A stretch of 58,614 nt of DNA, counting the filler, from Dugesia japonica (taxonomy: Eukaryota), in assembly GCA_001938525.1 (NCBI GenBank). It is 6 parts of 6 records of this genome, joined end to end, with 100 filler letters (N's around TTAATTAATTAA, not from the genome) between each part and the next. Parts side by side here need not be neighbours in the genome. Positions count along the whole stretch, not along the records: positions 1 to 8,504 come from MQRL01587614.1; positions 8,605 to 17,162 come from MQRL01628505.1; 4 more parts are not named here. The stretch is one strand, 5' to 3'. The notes beneath the pieces are model-generated. The model was not told the DNA's origin, made no database searches, and saw only the letters and a list, made by a program, of their open reading frames with translations. How positions within the stretch are numbered: position 1 is the first letter of the stretch; each line of letters begins with the position of its first letter. Of the stretch, positions 1 to 12,880 are shown one piece after another. The position numbers and the translations under genes are program-made.

Positions 1-1946
1 TTTACAACTCAAGTGTTAATTTTTATGGAACCAAATAACAAAATAAAAGATTCTGAGGAAACTACTTACAGAAACTATGACCATCATTACTTGGTTATTC
101 AAACAAATTAAAAACTCTATGCATTGTTGGAAATCTCAGTCGCTTTAATTTATTAAAATTTAAAATAAAATACTTATTTAATTATCCAAATATTTAAATT
201 TTTCAGTTATTATAAATATTTTTAAAAAATATCTACACTAAACATTTTCGAAAATTTAAAATTTGATTATACAATTATTTTAATTTATCAGTTTTTTAAA
301 AAAAAGTCTACAATAAATTATGTTTACAAATATTTTAACTGGTTCTTCATTTATTTCTAAAAATCTAATATTCCTTATTCATATTTTTAACAACTTCATT
401 TCTTAACAATTTCAAATTGTTTAATTTTAAAACAAATATTTTAAAAAAAGGATTTCAAACGAAAGCACAAAAATTAAAATTCGCTTTTCAAAACATACTC
501 ACATTTATTTTTACAACAACGCATCTGCAATCTTCAGAATTATTATAATTATACGCTTATCAAGTTTGTTACAGTTTGTACATGCTTTTAATCGGTGATG
601 ACTAATGTATTGATAAAATAGTCCAAGATATTAATATCAATCTAGTTATAGTTTTGGTAAGTGTAGAATCTGATATTTCTTATCATGACACAAATCCCAA
701 ATTTTGCCTTAATATTTGATGTTGCCACTTGTAATTCGTTTTTTGGCAATATTACTCATTCTTAACTATGGCTTGTAAATGTTGATTTGATTCGTCCATA
801 AAATATTAATTCAATAATTAAATATTAAGATATATAAATTATTAGTCCAAACAGCCAGCAATGAGTAAATAAATTATATAACTGAACTGTTGAATAAAGA
901 AGACAATTCATGTGGCGTTTTCTGTCCAAAGATTATGGAAATCTAATGTTTGAATGAAGGCTAGTCAACACTTTAGACCATCTTAAGATTCTTTGCTCAG
1001 CATAGTCCTAAACTAACTGAGACTATCAATAGAGACAGAAGAAAACACTGGAGGTTTACTGCTTACACAAAGAAGCTGAAAGCTGATATATAGCCCATAT
1101 ATGATAAACGGATGAGGATCTAATCTTGATAATATTATCAGCCAAGATTTATATTTCTACCTTACTGAAAGCCTGCTGTGAGCCGAATTAAAATAGGTAA
1201 AAGATTGAATGATACTTGTTATGAGAATTAAAATCACACAAATGATATAATTATGGATAAAATATACATAATGAATAATATATTACCATAAATTATATAA
1301 ATAAATTAAGATAAATCATTTGGCCTAATTTCATAAAAAATAAAGACGATAAATAAATAAATAAGAAATAAAAAATAGAAACATAAATAGACAAACAATG
1401 AAATGAGTAATTATTGATTATGTAATATTTATTTGAGTTATTGATATAAAATTGTATTTCCATAAAATCTTAACCTGTTAACCGGGATGGACGTATACAT
1501 ATTTTCAACGTAAACAATAGTTACTATGAAAAGAACGTATACAAACGTTCATAAATAATATGCGGTTTTGTCAAAACAAGCTTAACGTGTATTTAAATAG
1601 TTAGAAATTAAATGTTGCAAGCGTGACTTAATAAGATGTCCTTATGNNNNNNNNNNNNNNNNNNNNNNNNNNNNNNNNNNNNNNNNNNAGCACCTGAATC
1701 ACAACTTAATAAAACAGAGAAAAGTCAAAGTAATTGTAATTTTAGAAATTCTAATACAATACATACATATTTTGACATTCAAGCATAAATAAAAATTTTA
1801 AAAAACAAGCGACATAATTGTTAGGAAAATCGTCCGAAAACAATTTATTTTCAAATAGAACACAATTAGTCACACATAATTTATTAAACAAAATTTAAAA
1901 ACAAGTTTATAAAATAAAATAACATAAATAGTAGTATCTTTAACCA

Positions 1947-1953
1947 ATAATAA

Positions 1954-2016
<63 letters not shown>

Positions 2017-2075
2017 NNNNNNNNNNNNNNNNNNNNNNNNNNNNNNNNNNNNNNNNNNNNNNNNNNATAATAAAA
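1947..2075. repeat. (AAT)n microsatellite with internal N gap
   Basis: Visible directly; source of the poly-Y ORF. Confidence 0.95.
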
Positions 2076-2428
2076 AATAATAAAATACAATATAAATTTA
2101 GAATATGATTTAAATTAATAAAAATATTTCAATGGAAAGAATCAACAATAAATGAAATGTTTTTAGTTTTTTATAATTACAAATAAATTATATTACTCCG
2201 CCCTTTAATCTTTTTTAAAAAACACCAAAATTTGAAATGATTTAATTTTATTTATGAATTATAATTCTTTATTTTCATTAAAAAAATATTTATAATTTGA
2301 AATTTAAAATAAGTAATTTGATACTGATAATTTAATTCACAGGTAATATCGATCAATTAAAACAAAACCAAAAGATATATAATCATACAAAATTTCAATT
2401 AAAATTTTAAAAATAAAAATTAAATTAC

Positions 2429-5400
2429 GGATTTAAAGGACTAAAAATGAACAAAGCACTGTATGGTAGCACTGGTTTTCGTTGAATAGTTTCTGGTGCT
2501 ATTTTGTTTGGCGCTGGATCGCTTTCTAAGGAATTGAAGTTCGTATTGTCTATTAAATATTTTATTGAAATAATTAAGTTTCAATGGAACAAATACCATG
2601 TCCAATCATTCCCAATTTACCGTTGGGCTTATTTGAATTCAACAAACAACCTTTATCATTGATTTCGACTTGATTGTGATCACTTAAATATAAATTAAAA
2701 CAATTAAATGTNNNNNNNNNNNNNNNNNNNNNNAAAAAAACATTGAAAATCCAAACAGACGAATTAATTTTATTCTTTTCACTGAGTATGTAACCATACA
2801 AAAAGTTTACCGTTAACAGACAAGATTCATACGTTGAAACAACTAATAAAACAGAAAAATTAGGATTTAATAAACAAACTTAATGAGTAGTTGAGATGAA
2901 TGAATTGAAAAATTACTAGTGACATAATTAATATAAATTCTAAAAATGGAATAGTAATTGATTATATAACTTGAAAGGTAATAATAGGCTGTTACAAATA
3001 TTATAAACTGTGCTATTATTAAGCACCACCCAAGATATAAGTACACCATTTTATTTTTGCTGATTTTTAAATTTATTGTAAATCTTTTACGAACTGCCTT
3101 TATATTTCAATAATTTTGAAGACTTCATCTTCGCAATAATATAAGAGGTAAGTAAATGATTTTACCCGATAAATTAATAGGTTGACGGAAAAGATTTGTA
3201 AAGTAAAGTAAAAGAAAAATAATAATAAAAGTTTACTAATAATGATTTTCTTTTAATAGACAAATTATTAAATGAAGTAGTGACGTACGGTATCAATAAT
3301 ATTCAACCAGGTTTTAGGCAACATGAAGATTCCACGACGATAAAACTCTTTTGAATATTCTGTTTCACTATCTATTGTTTATCCTGTAGCAATTTTAGTG
3401 AATGTCTCAGATGTTTATCAGCATTCGCTTTTCGTTTCGTAAATCTTTGTGTGCAGTTGAAGATGGATATTGGTCTAGTTATTTCCATTTCTGTTTTCTA
3501 TGCGGATTACTGAAAGTCATTTTTTCACCACAAGTAATAATATTTTCNNNNNNNNNNNNNNNNNNNNNNNNNNNNNNNNNNNNNNNNNNNNNNNNNNNNN
3601 NNNNNNNNNNNNNNGACAAAACCTTTCCGCCAACATATTATGATAAATCCGTAGAATATATTTAATTCCAATTTAATCGATAAATAAAAAATTAACCTGA
3701 TTCAGATACAATAATTCAGCGCATAAGTCAAACCTTGACTATGAAATAAAATAATTGTTTTTTTTGTGGCCAATGAATGATTTTAAAGATCAACCTGTAT
3801 ACCATTTTAATTAACTACAATGTATTATATTTAAAATTCCATTAAAAAAAATTATTAAAAATGAGGTGTTTAACTTTATTTTTTGTTATGTTATTTTATG
3901 TTATGTTATGTTATGTTACATTTTAAATAATAAAGATTTTTACAAAAACAAAAAATGAAGAGATATATTCTTTATGAAGAAATGTATGCTTTATAATTCA
4001 ATAAGTCAAAAAAACAACTTTGATGAATCACATAAAATTTCAAAAATATCAAAGAAGAAGTCATAAAGTAGTTTTAACGAGCTATATGTATGCACATCAC
4101 GAACAATTGAATGTATGATCCTCGCATCGACCTACAGGCTTGATCTTTATACCTGACCATCTAGCTTAGTCTGAGTATTGCATGCATTTATATTCTCTGT
4201 TTACATGTTATTGCCTGTGTTGGTGTTGATTTTAAATTTGATTCCTAAAATTAGGTTATTACTGTTTTAAAAAGTAAGATAACTTATTACTTTCGCTAGT
4301 GCAAATTTTATGTAAAGAGCTTAAAAATACGATAAAACATATGAGCAATCCAAAATTATAGTACACATCTCAGAAAATCATATAAAATTTTAAAGGCATA
4401 TATTATTTGGACTTCGTGTTGGTCAATATATTAATACAACGAATTAAATTTTCTTTGAAGATCATAAATAATGAAATATTTAAACCCTTTAAATTAAAAC
4501 TATAAATATGCATAATAAATTAACTTTAAAAATCTCAAATAGAAATNNNNNNNNNNNNNNNNNNNNTGCTTTGAAACATATTATCTTGCGCAGTTTTCCT
4601 AATACATCGGTTGCAAATATTCAGTTTGAAAATAACTATAAAATCAGAGTTTTATTTATTCAATCTATTTAAAATAAAAATTAAAATAAAATAAAATAAA
4701 ATAATAGATTTATCTAAGTCCCAATAGCTATATTAGATGATAAACATTAGCTAAAACTATGACAGTTACATTCATGCTCAAAAGTGATACTAAATATAAT
4801 AAATAAATATTAAAAGTGCGAACTTACAAACTAAAATTTTTGGAAATAAGGCTGTTTGCAGTTTGAGGTGAAGGGGGGCAAACTTGAACCATGGGTGGAT
4901 CTATTGATAAAGGCAGTCGGCCAATGAAATTATCTGAGCTTTTCTATAATAAGAATAATAAATAATAATAATAATAATAATNNNNNNNNNNNNNNNNNNN
5001 NNNNNNNNNNNNNNNNNNNNNNNNNNNNNNNNNNNNNNNNNNNNNNNNNNNNTAATAATAATAATAAATAATAAAAAACAATAATAACAATAATTTTAAA
5101 TATTATTCTGATTACTTATGAATTTGATATAATAAACTTCATATTGTATAAACTTTATATAACTATAAAATCAAAGTTTTATTTATTCAATCTATTTAAA
5201 ATAAGAAATAAAATAAAAATAAACTTCAATATTTATTCCTTTAGCCAACTTTACGAAAATAATTGTTGGACGTAACCACTAATCGTTTTTCAGAATTTAT
5301 TTAAAATAAAAGCTTCGATCAAACTTTTTTTGCTTTTGATAATTATTCAAAGTCGAAAATTAGAATTATTATCAAAAAATATATATTTCTATCGTAGCTT

Positions 5401-6354
5401 TTATTTTAATGAATAATCAAACTATTTGATAAAGTTAATTATTTTATCACAAAACAGAATAATAATGTTTACTAAAAAGAAGCAAACAATTATATTTCCG
5501 TTTTTATTAAATAAAAATCTATTATTTTTTCTGAACACAAAACTATATAAAACATAATTCCCTGATCTTTCTTTTTATTAATTTTATTTTGACTTTTACG
5601 GTAAAAAATGATTTTCAATGAAATACAGAATTGTTTGCCATAAAATATATCAAACATTCAAGATTTGGAAATATCATTTCTCAATGAAAATTATTAAAAA
5701 CACAAAAAAAACTATAAATAAAAATGTTGTAGGAAAAATAATATATATTCTTCGACTATAAATTTACAAATATTAATCATGTTACTTCTTCACTTTGTTG
5801 CGCTGCAGCTTCAGCTGCTCTTTGAAGTTCAGCCGCTTTTTCTTCTTCAGCAGCTGTTAGTTCTTGAGCATTCGCCAAATTATCAACAGCAATAGCCAGA
5901 AAGACATTGAGGAGGGTGTCTGATTATTCGATAATGAGTTAAGGATGCAAATAAATAAGCTAATTATTTTGCTTAAATTAGTTATTGTTTCATTAAATAA
6001 AACTATTAATCAAATATTGAAATTTCATAACCATGAATTGATTGTTCCAAAATTCTTCAATTGTTGTAAATATATAAATCACATGACAAATATTTACAAA
6101 TATAAAAATATAAATAATGTTTTATAATATCAACGAGACAAAGCTATAATCACTGAAAGCATATATATGATACCAATGTACCAATAAAATTCGTGTTACC
6201 AAAGCGTAATTTTTAGTAAATGTTAATAACAAATTAATTTTTCACAAAATAAATAAGAATACCAAAATTGTTTGAATGATTTCAAATATCTAGACGATCA
6301 AAATATAAACAACCATTTTCAGAAATTTACACAAATAATTTCCAAATGTCATCA

Positions 6355-6422
<68 letters not shown>

Positions 6423-6755
6423 NNNNNNNNNNNNNNNNNNNNNNNNNNNNNNNNNNNNNNNNNNNNNNNNNNNNNNNNNNNNNNNNNNNNNNNNNNNNNN
6501 NNNNNNNNNNNNNNNNNNNNNNNNNNNNNNNNNNNNNNNNNNNNNNNNNNNNNNNNNNNNNNNNNNNNNNNNNNNNNNNNNNNNNNNNNNNNNNNNNNNN
6601 NNNNNNNNNNNNNNNNNNNNNNNNNNNNNNNNNNNNNNNNNNNNNNNNNNNNNNNNNNNNNNNNNNNNNNNNNNNNNNNNNNNNNNNNNNNNNNNNNNNN
6701 TTGATAATTATTATTATTAAAATAATTATCAAACATTAATAATAACAAGATGAAC

Positions 6756-6820
<65 letters not shown>

Positions 6821-6870
6821 NNNNNNNNNNNNNNNNNNNNNNNNNNNNNNNNNNNNNNNNNNNNNNNNNN

Positions 6871-6937
<67 letters not shown>

Positions 6938-8140
6938 CAAAAATGGCCAATGAAAATTAATTTTAATCAGATTAATGTAAATTTTGTTTCTATTTAAACG
7001 TTTGAAATCAGAATGAATTGAGCAATAATTCCTGAAGAAGGCATAGATGAAATATTGAACCATTTATAAAAATAAAAGAACATCATTTTGATCTTTGCAT
7101 TTAAAAATAAATTTTAAATAAAAATTTGTTTTTAAAAATATGTATTTATTGTGTTAACGCTTTAGTGTAGTTACGTGTGCTTGTAAGTAGACGTGTTTAT
7201 TCCTATTGAATGTAAATAAGTTTGTATCAGAATAATTGATTGGTTATATGGCTTTCAGCTTTTCTGGAACGTATTAGGGTTAAAATACAGGAATGAGTGT
7301 ATTATCAAGTAAATTTTTAAAATTAATTTAATCACTGTTTAAATTTAATATTAAAAAAACACAATGTCTAATAACATTCTACATTTAAATTGTGCTATGC
7401 TATACTCAACGTTGAAGCATTAAGCGTGAACACCATGCAAATCGCGATTACAGAAGTTAGAATATTTTTAGTATAGTGTGAATTTTGTCTACACCTCTAA
7501 TCTATAGTTAATCCTCTATTTAATTCTACACAAAGTCTACGCGAAAATGTTTATATAGAGTCAAGTTTGATAATATTTTCAAATTTCTGATTATTATTTT
7601 TCCCTTTCTGCATGGTTTTATTATCGTCTAATATCTCAAATAAATCAAAATAAAAAAGGATACAGTTTCCAAATACAACTAACAAAACAAAATAAATAGA
7701 AAATATTGTTCCACGATCTTTGACACCACCTTTTGATTGAATTCCGTTGTACATAACTGTATTCCAGTCTTCTCCGGTTAATATCTAAACGTGAAACAAA
7801 AAAAAACAATATAAATTTGTTGATAATAATAAAGTATTTTTAAAAGATTCTATTTTTCAATATTGATCAGCATGCAGATGTGTTTTCATAAACTTGCAAT
7901 AACATGCAGACAAAATAGAAAATTAAGAACACAATCAATATTCAATGTTGATAAATATTTCATTTTATCAGAATATAAATATTTAAATTCTATTATTATT
8001 GTTTTTATTAAAAAATGAAAACATAAAAGGATACAATTTCCAAATATCATTATCAATGCAAAATAAGCTGACGCCGCCATTGATTTTTTGGCTTTGATAC
8101 CACTATACATTGCAGTATTCCAATCCTCTCCTGTTAAAAT
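2429..8140 (-). CDS. Cav2: Voltage-gated calcium channel alpha1 subunit, Cav2 (cacophony-like) type, partial: domain II pore loop/S6 and II-III linker
   Basis: Phase-consistent exon chain: (8140-8035 OR 7784-7664) > 5919-5786 > 4943-4828 > 2682-2597 (alternative donor after 2621) > 2549-2429. It translates [78 protein letters not shown] and P.LPYS..FI.SP.NP are Cav2-like. Flanking exons lie outside the contig or window. Confidence 0.93.
3281..3700 (-). mobile_element. Decayed mariner transposase fragment (intronic)
   Basis: Minus strand reads [17 protein letters not shown] (cf. IVTGDEKW..NP.RK..W) and [20 protein letters not shown] (mariner C-terminus); stops and a large internal deletion. 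Confidence 0.7.
5160..5420 (-). mobile_element. Mariner-associated dispersed repeat fragment
   Basis: TTTAAAATAAAAGCTTCGATCAAA recurs as reverse complement at ~14378-14400 and ~49244-49267; 5160-5200 repeats at ~4635-4675. Confidence 0.55.
5786..5919 (-). CDS. Cav2 exon: second half of IIS6 and start of II-III linker
   Basis: (T)AC ACC CTC CTC AAT GTC gives [45 protein letters not shown]; GTAAC donor; absent from the ORF track. Confidence 0.95.
5938..5945 (-). promoter_or_regulatory. U12-type branch site
   Basis: TCCTTAAC ends 16 nt before the AG (5921-5920) with no polypyrimidine tract: gcaTCCTTAACtcattatcgaataatcAG. Confidence 0.9.
6355..6935. repeat. (ATT)n/(AAT)n microsatellite tracts with N gaps inside the U12-type intron
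   Basis: Visible directly; tracts in opposite orientation either side of the gap. Confidence 0.95.
7654..7663 (-). promoter_or_regulatory. U12-type 5' splice site after exon A
   Basis: GTATCCTTTT exactly at the exon boundary. Confidence 0.9.
7664..7784 (-). CDS. Cav2 alternative exon A (DII pore loop to first half of IIS6), 121 nt
   Basis: Poly-T tract then gtttAG acceptor; [40 protein letters not shown]+T; phase 0 to 1; donor GTATCCTTTT. Confidence 0.92.
8025..8034 (-). promoter_or_regulatory. U12-type (minor spliceosome) 5' splice site after exon B
   Basis: GTATCCTTTT matches the U12 consensus RTATCCTTT exactly at the exon boundary. Confidence 0.88.
8035..8140 (-). CDS. Cav2 alternative exon B (DII pore loop to first half of IIS6), 106 nt
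   Basis: cttgccatAG acceptor; [35 protein letters not shown]+T; phase 0 to 1; donor GTATCCTTTT. Confidence 0.88.
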
Positions 8141-8444
8141 CTATGGCAAGTTTAAAATATGGATTTCGATATTATTTTTTTTTAAAGAATTTATGAATTA
8201 TTTCATAATAATGAATTTAAATTTTTATTTTAATATTATTAAATTATTTCAATTAAAATATTTAATTATAATTTAAAAGATAAACACAAGAACATATATT
8301 TAAAAACAAATATTAAACAATACAACTATGGAAATCTATTTGTTAGTATTGTTTAGTTTGACTAGTTGATATGTATCAATTAATTAATAGTGAATGTGTG
8401 TATTAATAATTTTTAGATTGTGATTGATTGATTATTATTATTAC

Positions 8445-8492
<48 letters not shown>

Positions 8493-8504
8493 CATTATTA
8501 TTAT

Positions 8505-8604
8505 NNNNNNNNNNNNNNNNNNNNNNNNNNNNNNNNNNNNNNNNNNNNTTAATTAATTAANNNNNNNNNNNNNNNNNNNNNNNNNNNNNNNNNNNNNNNN
8601 NNNN
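8505..8604. other. Artificial contig spacer (44N-TTAATTAATTAA-44N)
   Basis: Exactly 100 bp; 12-mer has stops in all six frames; identical copies at four other sites. Confidence 0.97.
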
Positions 8605-10961
8605 CAACATATAGATAACTGATATATAACTATTTAAAAATATCAAATAAATATTTGGTTGAAAAATATATTATATATTCACAATAAAGTTTTACAAAAA
8701 CGTCAATGATAAATTAACTAGTTACAATTTTTATCTCAGTTAAGTTTCTACAAAAGGAGCAAACTATTGTATAGATTTTAAAAAGGACGAAAATCAACTG
8801 ATTAGCAAGCGTATTTATCTGTATTTGTGTACATTTACCATTAAATCACGAAAACTTCTTTAAAGTTTCAAAAGTTACATGTAGAATAAATAAAAATATT
8901 TACTTAATAAGAAAGAGTTCCTTTTTTCATAAACTCGTTTAAAATAAATCAATAAAACAGACTACAAAAAATAAAATAAAACGTAAAAATTAATTGTTCA
9001 ATAATGAAATTAATTGTCAAATATTGAACTGAACCGTTTGATTTTTGATTGTATTGAATTGATTTAGATTTGTTTATCAGTAGATTGAATCGGATGTTAT
9101 TATTGAATATTATTTTGTATATGTATATCTGGATATCTTTTTGATTTATGTTGTGTATATATGTGCATGTATATATCATTTGATGCTAGTTATTATTTTT
9201 CCCAACATATATTGTTGTCACTGCTCTACCTCTCGTTTTTTACTATCGATGTTAAAAGTCGTGTGTACCCTCCTGAGACATGCAAGAATTTGATTGGGTG
9301 TTTTAGTTCTCGGTTTTCCAAATCAAATGATTGCTGACTTATCTGCTTCGGGTTCGTTTGATCGTAGCTTATTGTTGGCATATTAACTATGGATACCCTT
9401 CAAAGAATTTCCTCCTGCATGCATTACTTTCCTAATATAGGAGCACATGATGCACTAAGACGAATCAATTTAAATCTAATATACATAATTTTCCTAATAA
9501 TTATTATTTTAATCAAATTTTCTTAATTAATTAGTTCAACATACTTTCAATTGATTTAACTGAAAGAAATAGCATTATTATAATTCAAGCATTTATTCCA
9601 AATCTATTGTCATCTCCTAAATATAATAAAATGATGAAGTATGAAAATGCTTCTAGATTTGATAACGAAAAATAGAAAAATTTGCAAACATGTCGCAAAT
9701 CAGTTTTCCATTAGAATATGTAAGGTTATCATAATGATAAAATACTTTATTTCAGACACTTTTATTTTTTTCTGTGATGTTTAATTCAGTTTGAATAGAG
9801 ACAATTAAATTTTATGAAATTATTCAGTGATTAAACCTTTTCCCTATTTCCAAAGGGAACGTATTATTTTACAGATATATTATTTGTATGGCACACTAAT
9901 TATATACCAAATTTCTAAGATCTCAGTTTCTGGACTTCCCTTGAAAACACTCACCATCCAAAATTAGAACTACAAATTTAACAGGAAACTGTTAAAACGT
10001 TTTAACAATATCAAGTGATTANNNNNNNNNNNNNNNNNNNNNNNNNNNNTTTTCTTTTTGTTTTCCATTAGTTTCACAGAGGATATACAAACGATAAGCA
10101 ATTTCGCCCATGATTTTCTTATCATGATGTCGTGAATGACGATTTTTACAGTTGTAGAAATCCTTTGTTTAAAATAATATATATCCTTACTAGCAAATTC
10201 ACAATAAAAAATACATTGGTATTATTTCGGGAGGGGGGCGATTATGACACAAAATCAAGCAATGTTTTAGTGTTTCGCTATTACATGGTTTCCAAAGAAA
10301 TTTCACACATGATTGACTTTTCAATTAAATAAATCATTGCGATCTACTTACATATATAATTTGTATTTCTTTACATAGAGGTACGAAAAATCAAACAATA
10401 TCAAATGGAATTTTATTTAATTTTCTGAGTATTTAAAATAAATTTGCAAATTTGATGTTCTTCACTGTTTTTCGTTAGAAAATGTAATTTCATGCATCAA
10501 CATTTTTTTTTAAAAAAAGTTAATGATCTACACAAAAGTAGTCCGCAATCGAATTTTGTGGACTCTCCTGATCTATTATTATGCAAATTTTGAATTTATA
10601 GGTTAATTATATATTATGCCAGTTGTTAACACTGATCTAACTTTGCCACCTTTGTGTTTTTGATCGATAATATGGTCGGTTGCAGCCTCTTTAATCGATC
10701 TTCCCTGCATACTAACAATTCGAATAAATCTTCGTTGGTTAACTTGTATATTTTATCAAATGATTTGCAGATAGAATATCTTCATAAATATTACTAACAA
10801 TTAATTTTATATGTTAAGTGAACAGTTGAAAATTGTATATTATCGATTGAGCACACACGTACACACAGACCGACCAATCAAATTTAAATAATTTTATTAT
10901 TAAAAAAACGGACAAATCAATAAAAAATTTCTGATTTATATTTATTTTCATTAAGAGAAAA

Positions 10962-11747
10962 TCAATTTCCACTGCAAAACATTCCTTGGCGCAATGTTTT
11001 AATCAATAATTTCAAATGAGAAGAATCCATATTATTGGACAATGAGATACAGTTAACCAATGTCACAAATTCACGACTCGATCGTGCTCCTAACCAAATC
11101 CATCCGTTCAACCCGATAACAATTTCATGCGGAAGAATTCCCTAATTTTCAATAAATTATTTCAATCAAATTTCACTAATCAATACTTACCNNNNNNNNN
11201 NNNNNNNNNNNNNNNNNNNNNNNNNNNNNNNNNNNNNNNNNNNNNNNNNNNNNNNNNNNNNNNNNNNNNNNNNNNNNNNNNNNNNNNNNNNNNNNNNNNN
11301 NNNNNNNNNNNNNNNNNNNNNNNNNNNNNNNNNNNNNNNNNNNNNNNNNNNNNNNATAACGTCTCCAATTTTTACATTTGGTCGATTATTTTTTGTAGCT
11401 TCTTGAAAATGCAAATAATTTAATTGGGCATAACAAGCACCACCAAAATCGATCAGATAATAATCTCCAGATTTCTTGACTACTTTACCGATAATTCTAT
11501 CGCCTTCGAGTGGAACATAAACATTTGTCATTGATTCAATCCATATTCGATTAGGTTTAGAAAATTTTAGAATTCCAGAATGAGTTACTACAATAGCAAC
11601 TTTATTAACGTCTTTAGAATAAAACTCTGAAACTTCTAAACCAAAACCAAGGCTAAATTGTTTATTTAATTCAATTAATGAATCATATTCCATGAGGTGG
11701 ACTCCAGGCATATAAAAATTATATAATTTTTCATTTAATTCTGTCAT
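10962..11747 (-). CDS. EXOSC3: Exosome complex component RRP40 (S1 + KH domains)
   Basis: YVPLEGDRIIGKVVKKSGDYYLIDFGG..LNYLHFQEATKNNRPNVKIGDV is the Rrp40 S1 signature. After an N gap and a 49-nt GTAAGT..AG intron (11190-11142), the last exon 11141-10962 gives GILPHEIVIGLNGWIWLGARS..GN* (KH region). Confidence 0.93.
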
Positions 11748-12328
11748 TTTAAAAATAAAATGATAAATATTTAAACAAAATTATTTTTTGAAAGTAAAAA
11801 TTTCAAAAGAATTTATTTGTTGCAATTCTTTAAAACTAATATGTTCAATTCATTCGGATCATGGTTATCCTTAATTTTTCTGATGGCAGCCAAAAATTAT
11901 ACAATATATTATATTTTAAGTTATTATAAATTATTGTTACAATTATTTTACATTTTATAGCTTATAAGTTCATTTAAAATTTAAATTAAGTTTTTTCAAT
12001 TAATTAACATTTACAAAGCCTGTTTAATTTTAAATTAAAAATAATATGTAAATATTAGAATAAATTTTACTCAATCTTTTACAAAAATTTTCGTTGGGTA
12101 TTAAACTATTTACCAAGGAAATTTGGAACACGGTCTAACCTTTCTAACGTGACAACCAAAATGGCCAATGAAAAGTGTCAGATAATAGAGGTTCAACTGG
12201 ATCTTTTTTATATTACTTATTGANGAAATATTTAAAGGGATTATATTTAATTTTTAGGAATTTTCTGGTATTTATTAAAATCGAAGTTCTTATTAAAAAA
12301 CAAATTGAAATTGATTAAAAGTTTAATT

Positions 12329-12452
12329 CAGAGGTCTCCAAACTTTTTCAACCTGAGGGTAGCATTAACTATCAAACAGCAGTTTGGAGGTTGACTACAG
12401 AAATTTTCCGTAGGTAAGAAGGTCTCCACAGACTGTAGTTTGCAGACCCTAG
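12329..12452 (+). mobile_element. Non-autonomous hAT (Charlie-like) MITE
   Basis: Imperfect TIRs CAGAGGTCTCCAAAC / GTTTGCAGACCCTAG flanked by 8-bp near-duplicates GTTTAATT / CTTTAATT. Confidence 0.7.
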
Positions 12453-12880
12453 CTTTAATTTATTAATAAATGTTAGAAGGTACCTTAAACAAAATAATAA
12501 AAATAAAATTTTAAAAATAATACATTTGGACTACTTTACTTTTATTTTCAATTTTTAAAAGCCTTATAACGTCTAGATTTTTTGTACGCTTAAAAATGTT
12601 GTTTCTGTTGTAAATTTTTAAATATTTTGCTTAGTAACATATTTTTTATTGTAAATAATTCTTTATTGTAGATATTATAGAGTTGACCAATTTCTCACCA
12701 TTTGAAANGTCTTAAAATTTTGAATTTCATCGTATTCGACTTCAATAATTTTTAAAAAAAATTTAATGTGAGAAAATTTTTAAAATAAACTTTTTCTAAA
12801 ATAAAATAATAAATACAAAAATAAATAGTTAAGCAAAATTCAAATCGAAATATAAAAGAAACAAATTAATATCATAATAT

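Noticed and set aside
2811-2842. 32-nt candidate micro-exon in the Cav2 linker
   Set aside because: Phase-incompatible with the flanking exons identified.
6272-7063. Poly-I/L/N/Y ORFs (also 1884-2090)
   Set aside because: Translations of (AAT)n microsatellites and N runs.
7551-8110. Two separate small membrane-protein genes (ORF track 7551-7754 and 7886-8110), or an assembly duplicate
   Set aside because: Channel homology stops exactly at the splice sites, and the two exons are too divergent to be an assembly duplicate.
8549-8560. Recurrent TTAATTAATTAA palindrome as a regulatory motif
   Set aside because: Always centred in 44N flanks: synthetic linker.
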